Source: Marsupella aquatica
Lineage: Eukaryota; Plantae; Marchantiophyta
NCBI GenBank assembly: GCA_973895155.1
Contig: OZ316898.1
Location: 15,158,330 to 15,222,329 of the forward strand
Reading direction: 5' to 3'
Length of the DNA stretch: 64,000 bases
The notes below the pieces were generated by a model. The model saw nothing but the letters and a program-made list of their open reading frames with translations, searched no databases and had not been told where the DNA came from. Each line of letters opens with the position of its first letter. Positions within the stretch are counted from its first letter, which is position 1. This document shows positions 48,501 to 59,866 of the stretch, piece by piece. The translations under genes were made by a program, and so were the position numbers.

Positions 48501-51500
48501 ATGGGGATGAGGACTTGGCATCCAAATATTCTTAGGTGTGAGATATTTGGTGGTTGCCCGAAAGCTAGGTGATAAGGTGTGTTGCTGTTAAAGGCTGATG
48601 GTCTATAAAGGAGTAGGGTTGCAGCATGTAATACTGCATGGCCCCATGCTGATGTTGGGAGTGATGATTGCATTAATAGTGGTCTAGCAATCTGTTGTAT
48701 ACGTTTAATAAGTGACTCCGCTAGTCCATTCTGGAAGTGGACATGGGGTACATTATGTTGGGAGTCAATTCCATTTATTGTGCAGAAGTCATCAAAGGTT
48801 CTAGAAGTGAATTCACCAGCTCCATCAGTTCTAAGGGTTCTAATTGGATTTTCAGGGAATTGTGACCTTAGTCTTAAGATGTGTGTAAGGATTCTGGGGA
48901 AGACTAGGTTGCGGGTTGATAATAAGGATACTCTGGACCACTTAGAACTGGCGTCTATCACTACCAAGAAGTATCGAAATGGTCCACTTGGTGGGTCGAT
49001 TGGTCCACATACGTCCGCATGGAGTCTCTCAAAGGAATGCGGGGATATGGTTTTTGGTTTTTGGGATGGAGGGGGTGGTAATCATCTTGCCCTGGGAGCA
49101 GGCAATGCATGGTTTTTGGAATGACCTTGGGTGACAGGTCTTTGGTATTCCTGTTGAGTTGTTGACTATCCTATGGAACATGCTGGTTCCTGGGTGTCCC
49201 AATCTCATGTGCCATGTCTCGGTGATATCTTTGGATTCGACCCCTAGGTTATAACATTGGTTTTGGGTGATGTAGAACCCTGAAGGGTGGGTCGAGATGG
49301 TTTCTCTAATGATTATCCCTCCTGGTGAGTGTGATGTTATTTGCAGTACTTCTTGTAAGTTTTGGATGTTTGTTTGGATATGGTAGTTGTTGGCTCTAAT
49401 ATCTTGGAAACTCAGAAGGTTCCTTCTTGCTTTGGGGGCATATATGGCTGATGGGCATCTAATTATTGTGCCTCCAGGGAGAGTTAAGGTGGCTCTTCCG
49501 TGACCTTCTTCTATTTGGCTTTCTCCGGTTATAGTGATTATTTGTCTTTGGGAAGGGATAATTTCATGGAAATATTTTCTATTTCGGAGGATGGTGTGTG
49601 ATGTACCGCTGTCTATAATGCATACATCTATATCCTCTAGCTCAGGTGGGGGGTCTACCATATAAATTTCTGGTATAATCTCAGGTGATTCCAGGTAAAC
49701 TCCATGGGTTTCAAGTTTTGATCCATCTAAACTTTGTTTGTAGAGTTTCACAAGATGGGCTGGGGCATGGCATACCTTTTTGGTGTGACCTTTTGTACCG
49801 CACCTGAAGCATGTGATTGAGCTGTTTGAGTTGTTTCTTGGCTTCTCTTGGTAGTCGTTGCGGCCTCGTTTCCATGTGGTCCTTCCGGGGAAATTGTTTC
49901 TTCCACGGCCCCTTCCGCGGTTGCTGAATCCTCCTCTGGGTCCTCCTCTGTAGGAGTAGTTCGATCGTCCTCCCTTCATTCCTCTTCCCCTATATGAGCC
50001 TCTCCCCCTGAATTTACTTGTATTTCTATCATAAGGTGTGGTCAAGTTAGCTTCTCTCAGTTTCTCGTTTATAATTAAGTTCGTCTCAGTGGTGGCAGGT
50101 ATTGGGAGTGTACCCGGGGGTCTATCCTTTGCATTTGTCATGAGTAGGATTGAGTTTTGTTCTGCCAAGAGCATGTGTGCTATTAGTGCTGAGTATTTAG
50201 TGAATGCCATGTTTCTATACTGGTTTGAGATTACTAAGTTTGTAGGGTGAAATGTTGCTAGTGTCTTTTCGATTTGTTGTTTATCATTCACTGGTTCACC
50301 GCACATTTGGAGTTCGTTCGAGATGCGGAACATCTCGCTGTTGTATAAGTCTACCATTTTGAAATCTTGCACTCTTAAGGTTACCCATGCTTGTAGCGCA
50401 TTTGGTAAGTTTATAGTTGTTATGTGTTCAAATCTCTCTTTCAATGCATCCCATAGGAGCCTTGGGTTGTATATCGTCTTATATTGATGTTTTAATGGTT
50501 CTATTAAGTGGTGTCTTAGTAGGACTAATGCTTGGGCCTTCTGGTATTGGTCCACCCCAATGTCGGTATGTATTGTTTCTGGGATTCTTTTTGCGGTGAG
50601 GTTAACCTCCACGTCTATTGTCCAATCATTATAGTTCTTCCCGTCAATTCTTAGTGCTGGGAATAATAGTTTCTCCATTGCCATCTTGGGCTAATATGGG
50701 TTCACCTTGTAAATGTATGCAATTAAGGAGGGTTCAATGGAGTTTTGCACTTAGCTATTATTTTGTGGTGGATCAGCTTCGCTTGCTCCTTTCTTTTGGT
50801 ATTCACTATTCTTCAGGTTTGGTCCCGGTATGATTGGATTCTTCCTTCTTAGGTGGGTGGAAAGGAGAATTGGGGGTCGCTGCCCTTGCTTGTACGTTTT
50901 CGGTCTGGGGCTCGCGTTTGCTCTCTTCGCTATGGTGTGCTTGGTCTTTCTCTCTCAGTCCTGCGGTGCTCTATTGCTCAGGTCTTCTTTCGTTCTCTGT
51001 GGATGGTGCTGCTTTTTTTTTTCTTGAACCCAATTCCTTCGGCTCTCTTCAGTGTGTTAATTTGCCTGGGACTCTTCTATGTTCGCGTTTTATCTCTCAG
51101 AGTCTTCTCTGCAATTTTTGTGTATTTCTTTATTCTGCTCTTCTTGTGTGGGATCGATCCGCTTTGACTTCAGTCAGGGTCCCTATACGGGTGGTTTCAA
51201 TTCGGTGTGGGATGGTGTGCCGATGAAGTCCTTATCGATCTTCTGTTTCGTTTCGTCTTGTTTCAACGCTGCGCTGTCTCAAGTGTGGGTCCGAGAGTCA
51301 GTGGCTACAGGCGGCGAAGCGTCGAATTGTGAATTCAGTGGCTACATGCGGCGAGCGTCGAATTGTGTCTGAGTTGTGTCTGGATTGTGTGGTGCTATCT
51401 GCGGAACGGCGCCTCATGGCTTTGTCCGGGGCTTGGTCTTCGTGTTGAGTTGGCGCTATCGTTCCTTCAAGTGTGCTATGCGTCGTCTGCGGGATTTGTC

Positions 51501-51983
51501 TTGAGTTGCTGTGGGTTTCAAGAAGTTCTACTCTTCTGCCGATTTCCTTTCGTTTCAATTCCTTCGGATTAGACTGCGGCTGGCCCTTCGTGTTTCTGTT
51601 TTCGTTCTGTCTCTATGGTCCTACTGTTTGCCTATTGCTGGCTGGCTCACGAGATCTCTTGATGGTGGTCTATCGTTCTCAAGCCATAGACGAACAGTGG
51701 CCCATATCATTCCACTCAAGGTTTCTATCAAGAAATGGCCCTCAAATGTGGCCAAAAGTGCTCATCTTTTGGGAAAAACTCTTCGGATCTCCCCTTATGG
51801 TTTAGCACCTCTTCGTGGAGAAAAAAAATTGCATTCATGCTGATAACGTGTTACAAACCATATACTCCAACAATGTAATGAATCTTATTCATGTGTCCAA
51901 TATATATACATGAGGTAGTTGAGTTAGATCTTGGTTAGATCTTAACTCGGGTTAAGATATCTAATCCTAGTTAGGGTATAACA
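45585..51983 (-). mobile_element. Full-length young Ty1/Copia (Bianca-like) element
   Basis: Apparently identical 135-bp LTRs at 45585-45719 and 51849-51983; TSD ATCCA; PBS 51835-51848; PPT (AAGGGGGAG) 45720-45728. Confidence 0.97.
46079..50684 (-). CDS. Copia gag-pol (Gag-PR-IN-RT-RH) with a single +1 frameshift near 49031
   Basis: ORFs 49029-50684 and 46079-48967 join as ..IPAFL-ERLHADVCGP if one T is removed. Motifs DSGTSH, TDGAGEF, RTKMGPQRR, SHIPAAN, YVDDL, IFEDN and ADILTK. Confidence 0.93.
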
Positions 51984-52305
51984 ATCCAACATATTTTTGT
52001 TTGATTAAGAAACTCAGAAGTGAAAGGAAGCTTTCAACAGTAATTTTTGGCGAAAGCAAATCCAACTAAATTCTAGCGCCACATTCCTTCCATGAAAATG
52101 GCCTGAAATTTTAGCACCATAGTTAGTACAGTATAGTTTGGAAACTTTCAGGTCAACCTGTCTCAGGTTCGGAAAATTAATCCGTGGACCCCCATGTTAT
52201 TTTAGAGACAGTTATCTAGAAAGCCTAGATGGACCTCCAAATCTTAAGAAAAAAATTTCAAAAATGGACAAGTCAATGTTTGACACTTGAAACAATTGTT
52301 AAACT

Positions 52306-52664
52306 TGTCATGCCGAGGGACAATGCCTCTTATGCACATCGGCATGTCCCTCGCCTGCCCGCTAGGTATGTAGTTAGGGCTAGTGTACTACCTGAGTTAG
52401 CGACATGTTCTTGTAGCAAGTCTGGGCCGTTCTTGAAGCAAATGTGCTTGTTAGTGTGACGCCAGGACTTTGCTTGCTTAGGGCATGTCTTTCTTTGTGG
52501 GTTTTTCAGTTCTTCTTGAATCGCTGTTGACAGAGCTCAGATAGTGCTTGTCGGTTCCGTACACGGGATTCACACAGTGATTCGTTAGATGCTCCCGGCC
52601 GATCTTGGCATCCTGCCGATTTTCGATTCGATTTCAGTACAATTGTTTCTCTTACGCCTTTTAT
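52306..52664 (+). repeat. Repeat A1 (359 bp)
   Basis: Matches A2 (60045-60403) with 11 substitutions and no indels. Confidence 0.95.
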
Positions 52665-52676
52665 TCAAGAAGAACT
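52663..52676 (+). promoter_or_regulatory. Putative self-priming PBS
   Basis: ATTCAAGAAGAACT is the exact reverse complement of 52508-52521 (AGTTCTTCTTGAAT) inside A. No TGG-type tRNA PBS follows A1. Confidence 0.75.
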
Positions 52677-53142
52677 CTGTCGCCGGGTTAGCGGTGAAGG
52701 GAAGAAGATCGGAGACGCTGTGCTTCTCAATTACTCGAGACAGTTGACGCTTTTCCGCTGATGCCGGTGCAATTTCTATGGAAAAATGCTGAGCGATGGG
52801 GTGGAAGTTATGATTTTAAGTGTATACACTTAAGTATACACTTAAGTCAAACAAGCCCCCCTCCCTCGTTTTCCTTCACGTTTTTTTTGCCCAGGCTTTT
52901 CTTTTTCGGCCACAACCTGTTTCGCGACTTGCTGTTATCGATTGCCGCATCTACGCCGACTGCACAGGGCGCACCTGTGCTCGCGTTTTTAACAACTCCC
53001 TAGTACGACTGCCTCGGCCACCGCGCGCCCCTTTTCTTTCGCCCTTTTTCGCATTGCCAAACCTCAAAGTTCCTCCCTCCGTTTGTTTTCCTGCCTTTAT
53101 CTCGCAGGCTGTGCGTATAGGGCATTGTGTCTCCCACTGCCA

Positions 53143-53615
53143 GCATTTAATTAAGGAGAGGAGGGGGAGCAAGTACAAGCCGGGAGTCGAGAGGAGAAGG
53201 CACGGAGGCCTATGAAGCATTAAAGAGGAGGGAGGGGGGAGCCGAGTACCAGCCACGGAGGGGAGGGGGAAGCGCAAGGAGGGCACAAAGCCCTATGAGG
53301 AATTAAAAGAGGGGGAGAGAGGGAGTACATACGACTCCCTTCTCAGGAGTCCTACAGGGCACGAAGCCCACTTAGCAGCATTCAAGAGGAGAGGGGGAGT
53401 TGAAGCGAAAGCAGGGCACGAGGCCCTAGGCAGCTCTGAAGCATTTAAGAGGAGGGGGGGGCAGTACATTCGAACTCCCTCACACGGGAGTCTTTTGCCA
53501 GGGCACGAGGCCCAAATTGCATTGAAGGAGAGGAGGGGGGGAGTTCGTAGCCCCTTTTCGGGAGCACATAAGGTGGGGCACGAAGCCCTATGGAGGGCTC
53601 ATGCCATTAAGAGGG
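53143..53615 (+). repeat. Array of six structured units: GCATT.AAG-polypurine / variable spacer / GGGC-ACGA(A/G)-GCCC hairpin
   Basis: Hairpins at 53198, 53281, 53357, 53414, 53501 and 53576; purine tracts start near 53143, 53217, 53300, 53378, 53441 and 53519. Confidence 0.85.
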
Positions 53616-55550
53616 CCCGGTTTCTTTGCCCCCTCGCGACGTCTTTTCTCCTCTTTCCGGCCACCTACGAGCTTGCCTCGGCTATTTGCGGGCCACTTGG
53701 AGGTAGTTTGTTTTGCCAAATTCCCCGAGAGGAAGCAGCTACGACAGCAGGCCACTCATCCTACTCCTACTTCCACTCCCCCACCAGCTAGGAAGGCTCC
53801 TACTACATCAGTTGCTCCTCCTTCCAGTGGCAAAGCATCTAGTGCTAACAAATTGCCCAAGCAGCAACAGAAGCAACCAGCTCAGAAGGAGGCTCACAAC
53901 GCACAGGCAACTCAACTCCAGTCTCTGACTCATGAGGTTGAGTCCCTACGTGCCCAATTTGCCAACATCAAAGGCAAGTCCACTGCCTCTGCTGGTCCTT
54001 CTCAACCGGCTGGTCACGTGCAACCCATCCCTGGCCCAGGCACCACTGACAGTTTAGCACCTCTACCCTGCTCTTTCTATGGCTTGCCATTTGATGCTCA
54101 TATGGGTGAGTGTGTGCTGTCCTCTGCTACACAGCCTGGCCTTGCAGTAGAATTTTCAGATTCATTCTGCCCTTCCTATTTTGCTTACCAGCAGGCCAGT
54201 ACTGCCTCCCGTATTGCTTCCACACGCCGCATTGTACAGGCTGATGGTCTTGCTGCTAGTCCTATGACTAGAGCCAGGGGAGCTCGGGCTGTCATGCCCC
54301 AATCTTTTCAGCCACTCACACTTGCTGAAGAGTGCACCTTGTTGGCGAGGGGGGAGGGAGCTGCAGCTACATCCATTCCACCACTAGGTGTTGCTGACAT
54401 TTCACAGGGAGCTGTTTTTCTTGAGCTGCTTGAGCATTTCACCTCCGGTATGGCACAAAGGATTCTTACCACTCCACTTTTCAGTTGCCATGATTTACAG
54501 CTGGATGCTAGAGTTGTCATCAGAGCGCTCGAGGGTTCACTGCATTCTTCATCAGCCCCTGTGACACCGGTTTTGGAGGTCCAATCTCATGTACATACTG
54601 GACCTTCTTCTTCTCCATCACATGTTTCCACTGGTTTGGCTGCCCCAGTACCGATTGCTGCTGATTGTGTGACCAGAGCTACACTTGATTCTGGTCATGC
54701 TGCTCCATCTTTCCTGGCTATGCTGTTGAGTGGGAAGACCGTGGACACTAACTCCCTTCACAAGGTACCTCATCATTTGCCAAAAGTGGTGCCTAGTGAC
54801 AGGACTTTAGTTTCCACCACCATTGCCATTGTTGACAACAGGAATTCAGCAGTTAAGTTGGAGGGTCACACTCCTCAGGTGGTCATGCTAGACACAGGCG
54901 CTCAACCAGTGATCTTGGGCATTCAGTTTGCCAAGAAGATGGGACTGCTGACTGATCATTTACAGCAATCCAAGTGGCACATTCGGACTGCTAGTGGCAC
55001 TGTGGAGGATGTGCTGGGTGAGAGTTCTACTTTACTCACTCTCACTTTTAATGGAGGTACAGATCAGGAACTGCATTTCCCAGTCAGATGTTTGGTTACC
55101 AATGCCACTACGTATGATGTGCTCATTGGCCAGGAGGCTTTGTTCCCACCAGGTTTTACCATTGACAACTGGCATGAGCATGCATACTACAGAGTCGATT
55201 GGCATACGGATGGCTCACACTTGGGCTACATTCCACTTGATTTGCATGGTGCCCATACTCCTATGGCTCACCACTGTGTGTTGAAAGCAGTGCACACAGC
55301 TACCTATGTTAACCACCCATTGCAGGATTGGATTGAGGAGGATGATGATGAGGTGGCTACTGCACATGCTGCTGCACGTATAGCAGCACTTTCCAGCAAC
55401 GTGGATCATCAACCAGAGGTGGTACAACGGTTCCAAGCAGCCCATGGACCTTTGATGGCTGCATTGCACAAATTTGAGGACCTTGGGTAGCATAATGGAC
55501 AACCAATAGCCCCAATCTTGAGCGCACCAGTTACATGGACTCCTCCTTCA

Positions 55551-56500
55551 GATGGCCTTACATTGCTTGAGCTTTTTGGTGGCATTTCTACAGGCCTGGA
55601 AGCTCTCCTACAGTCTGGCATGGTGGTGAAGTAGTACATCTATGTGGATATTGATCCAGGTGCAAGGCAAGTGGCTGAATCCCGTCTGCTGGAATTTTCA
55701 GAGCGATTTCCTCAGCAATTTCCACACAGTGCATGGACGTCTGCATTTTCTTTCTTTCCTCCAGATATCCAGCTTGTCCAGCACCGGCACTTAACCCTTC
55801 TTGGCTCCCTTGATTTGATCATAGCTGGTTGGGAATGCCAAGGGTTTTCAGCTGCTGGTCACGGTGCTGGACTGCATGATTCTCGTTCTGGCCTTTTCAC
55901 AGCATTGGTTCAGATTCTCACCTGGGCTCAATCCCTTTATCCTGCTGTTGGTTATATCATTGAGAATACTCTATCTTAGTTTGACCAGCGTCCACAGGTC
56001 AAAGAGGATTTTAGTGTGGTCCAGCACTACTTGGGACCACCCCTTCTCATTGATGCAGTGCACTGTGATTCTTATGCACATCGTCTTCGTAACTTTTGGA
56101 CTAACCTTGCACCACCTTCCTTGCTGGAGATGGCTCTTCACCACACATCCAGGGACACTAACCTTACAGTGGACCAGATTTTGGATCCTGACAGTTCTTG
56201 CCAACCAGTTACACGGCAAGAGCCAGCACCTTGGTATCCAGCTAATACCATTGGACAACCCCGTGCTGCTTGGCCTACATTTGTGTCCTTTCCAGGTGCA
56301 CATGCTTTTCAGGGTGATGGTCCTGGGCTGGTTTATCGACATTCTACCGGTACATGGGATGAACCTAGTCCTGAGGAGAGAGAACGGGCTATGGGCTTCC
56401 AACCCGGTACTACAGGTCACACCAAAATCACCAGGCTGGCCAGGAATGCTTTACTTGGCCGGGTAATGGATCTCAATGCTCTCACTTGGCTTCTGGTCAC
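55551..56500 (+). CDS. DNMT3-like C5 cytosine DNA methyltransferase domain within pol (two in-frame stops)
   Basis: I LLELFGGISTG, II YIYVDID, IV DLIIAGWECQGFS, V DSRSGLF, VI YIIENT, VIII AHRLRNFWTNL, IX ERERAMGF, X RNALLGR. Confidence 0.88.
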
Positions 56501-59500
56501 TTGCATCCTTTTTCAGATGTACATTCCTCCAGCATTAGGAGCTCCAGCCTTACCACTCCACAGTGCTGCTGCATGGCATCCAGACCAGGTGCACTTACCT
56601 CTGTCCAACACTCACCACTTCAGTCCAAGTGTTGGGGGGGAGGAGGTCCCTTGTAATGTGGCTGACATTATTTCTGAGTTTCATGGTGTGGACCACTTCA
56701 GATCAGCAGGTACAACAGGCCTTGGAGAGGCCTCATTACCTTATCAGCAGCATGCTAGCAGCTTGGACAGTGGAGAGGCTGGCACTTCTGGCTCTTCAAG
56801 CACGAGTACATCAGGTCCTATTCCTAGTGTTGCCAACTACACATTTATCATGGGCAACCACCTGAGTAAAAGACAGAAGGACCAGCTGCTGAATTTGCTC
56901 CTCAAGCATGAGAATGTGTTTGCTTTCTCTATGAAGGACTTGGGTAAGTGCAAGACTATGCAGTTCTCCATTGAGTTGGCTGATGAAACACCTATCTTCA
57001 GGCGGAGACACCGTTTGAGTAAGCATGAGTGGCAGCTGGTGGATGAGAGGTGCCAAGAGCTCTATGAAGCTAGTCTTATTCAGCCATCTACATCAGATTT
57101 TGCAGCAGCTACAGTGATGCCAGCAAAGAAGGATTCCAGTGGATTGTGGACAGAGAAGTGCATGTGTGGGGACTACAGGCCATTGAACCTGGTCACACCC
57201 CAGGACAGGTACCCCATGCCACGGCCAGAGGAGCTATTTGACAGTATTGGAGACTCAAACATCTTCACTCTTGTGGATCTAAGGCAAGGCTTCAACCAGA
57301 TTTTGCTGCTTGCAAAGGATCGCAAGAAAACAGCTTTCCATGGTAGTAACCAACTATGGGAGTGGTTGGTGATGCCATTTGGCTTGAAGAATGCGCCCAT
57401 ATTCTTTCAAAGAGTCATGGACCAGGTTCTTCAAGGTGCTGAGTTTCTGAAATGCTACATTGATGATGTGTTGGTCCACAGCAAAGGATTTGACCAGCAT
57501 CTACTTGACCTTGAGGAGCTATTCATGAGGCTTAAGAAGGTGAACCTAAAGATACACCCCAAGAAGTGTGAATTTGCTGTCAGATCAGTAGTATACCTTG
57601 GGCATCGCATTCTTCCAAATGGAACCATGGCTCACTGGGCCAAGGTGGTATCCATCTTGGAAATGCCCACTCCTACCGATGTTCACACTTTGAGGAGCTT
57701 TATTGGGTTGTGCAATTACTACCGGATCTACATCAAAGATTTCAGTATCATTGCACACCCATTGTACTCTTTGTTGAAAAAGAATGTGCCTTGGACATGG
57801 AGTACAGATGCTGAGGCAGCATTTGCCACTTTGAAGGAGAAGCTCTCAGAATACCCAGTGCTAAGAAGACCTGATTTCAGCAAGGTCTTTGTGCTACACA
57901 CAGATTGGAGTGCCCTTGGGATTGGTGCCATTCTGGGCCAGCATGATGAGGAAGGTAAAGAGTACGTCATTGCCTATGCATCCAGGAGCAACAATCAGGC
58001 AGAGAGTCATTATTCTTCTTATGAGGGTGAATGCCTTGCTGTTGTGTGGGTTGTCATACATTACAGGCCCTACCTCTATGGGACCAGGTTTGTTCTCTAC
58101 ACCGACCACCAACCCTTGAAGTGGTTGATGACCAACGACAAGCTTACTGGCAAGCTTGCTCGTTGGGCACTCATACTCCAGGAGTATGATTTTGAGGTAA
58201 TTCATAGGCCTGGTGTGACACATCAAAATGCTGACACTATGTCCCGCAGCCCTTTGATTGCCTCTGATGATCCCTCAGATGCACGGCAGGATTTTGACCA
58301 GGTTTCCATCCTGCCTACATTTCATGCATCTACCTATCTTGCTTTGCTGCCATGCTACATTGTTGACCAACCTGTGGTGGACATATGGGAGGACAGCGAC
58401 ACTCTTAGATTTTTGCAGGATGGGGAGTACCCCACCCATGTTACTGCTGCCCAGAGAGACCGAATTCAGCAAAGGTCCAAGCGCTACTTGTGGAAGGGAG
58501 ATCATCTTGTGCGCTGCTTGCCAGACAGGGAAGTGGTGGTTCCACCCATTCATGAGAGGGTTGGCCTTATCCGTAAAGTACATTCTGAGCTTGGTCATTT
58601 TGGTGTTAAGAGGACTTATAGCCTCTTGGTCCCCCATTATCATTGGAGAGGCATGCATGGCCAGGTTCGAGATGTTATTTCCCGGTGTGAGCAGTGTGAT
58701 AGGGTAAGGACTTCTTTCACATCTCGGCAACCCACACTTCATCCACTCCCTATTCAGGGCATGTTTATCGCTGGTCATGTGATTTGGCTGGAGAATTACC
58801 CCTCACATCTCGGGGTAATCTCTACATCATGATCATGATAGAGCATTTCTCCAAGTGGATAGAACTTGTGGCATTGCTGGATAAGACCTCCCGTAGCACC
58901 AGCCAGGCATTCCTACAACAAGTTCTCAGCCGCTTTGGAGCTTGTGCAGAATGTCTCACTGACCAGGGATCAGAGTTCAGAGGAGAGTTCCAGGAGCTGC
59001 TTGATCAGGCCCTCATTGATCATCACCGGACATCATGAGATCACCCACAGGCAGATGGCTTGGCAGAGCGCATGGTTCAGACATGCAAGAAGGGTCTCCG
59101 GAAGATCTGCCTCACCAAAAACAAGGAGGATTGGGACCTGACCTTACCCTACATTGCCATGGGGTATATGATGTCCAGACATGCATCACTGTCTAACTTT
59201 TCTCCCTACTTCTTGTTGTTTGGTCGTCACCCAATTCCACCTTCTGCTATTGCTGCTCACATGCTTCAGGTGGTGGACTTGGATTCAGCTGTGACTTGGT
59301 CTGATGTGATCTCTGAGAGGGCTGCCCTATTCAGGAGGGTTATGCCCATGGCCTTGGAGAATTTGGCCATTGCATAGCACAGGGACACACTGCGTTATGC
59401 ACACACACGAGGGGGCACTTTTCAGCCCAAGGTCAGGAAGTTTGATGTGGGAGATTTTGTGTACTTGCAGCGGCAAGCTAACGACACCCTGGACACCTCT

Positions 59501-59673
59501 ACCAGTCGTACTATTCTTAGGGTTAAAGCTATTCGACCGTCTGGAGTGCTAGAGTTACAAGGGGCAGATGGGCGCACAATTGCTGACAATGCCAAGAACT
59601 GCGCCCCTTGTCATCTGCCTAACCTAGATCCCACCATTGTGACTTCTACTTGGATTCCACCTGTGGACTACCC

Positions 59674-59812
59674 TTGCAAGGTGTGTTTGCGAATTGATGA
59701 TGCTGACCAGATGCTGCTGTGTGACAATTGCAATGAAGGGTACCATCTTTTCTGCCTTCGGCCTGAACTTACCCAGGTGCCAGAAGGGTTATGGTTTTGC
59801 CCTTCTTGTGCT
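59674..59812 (+). CDS. PHD finger at the integrase C-terminus
   Basis: CKVC...MLLCDNC..GYHLFC..P.L..VPEG.WFCPSC (C4HC3). Confidence 0.95.
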
Positions 59813-59859
59813 CCACGTGCTACCTGAATTTTCTTCAGCCCTCCTTTTGGCTATGGTCT

Positions 59860-59866
59860 GGGGGGG
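59860..59866 (+). promoter_or_regulatory. Putative PPT (G7) directly before B1
   Basis: tct-GGGGGGG|ATACAGAGG, about 30 bp after the pol stop. Confidence 0.65.

Larger units (their letters stand above)
53601..59827 (+). pseudogene. Decayed single polyprotein: half CCHC knuckle - aspartic protease - DNMT - RT - RNase H - integrase - PHD
   Basis: One frame runs 53601-~58765 through TAG stops at 55488, 55632 and 55977. After a 1-nt deletion a second frame runs through TGA 59036 and TAG 59375. Motifs LDTGA; DYRPLN, DLRQGFNQI, MPFGLKNAP, YIDD; TDWS, TDHQPL; H..LGH..CEQC; CDLAG, TDQGSEF, ADGLAE. Confidence 0.92.

Noticed and set aside
50830-51843. Several hydrophobic + strand ORFs
   Set aside because: They are antisense to the A-rich Copia 5' leader.
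53143-53615. CRISPR array or twister/hammerhead/HDV ribozyme call
   Set aside because: Repeats are degenerate, the context is eukaryotic with no cas genes, and no ribozyme core consensus could be matched by eye.
55488-55979. Programmed readthrough of TAG codons
   Set aside because: Multiple stops fall inside conserved domains and there is also a frameshift; decay is the simpler explanation.
22350-59827. Functional link between the EDM2-like gene and the DNMT/PHD element
   Set aside because: The PHD types differ, no shared sequence was seen, and proximity in TE-rich DNA is not evidence.
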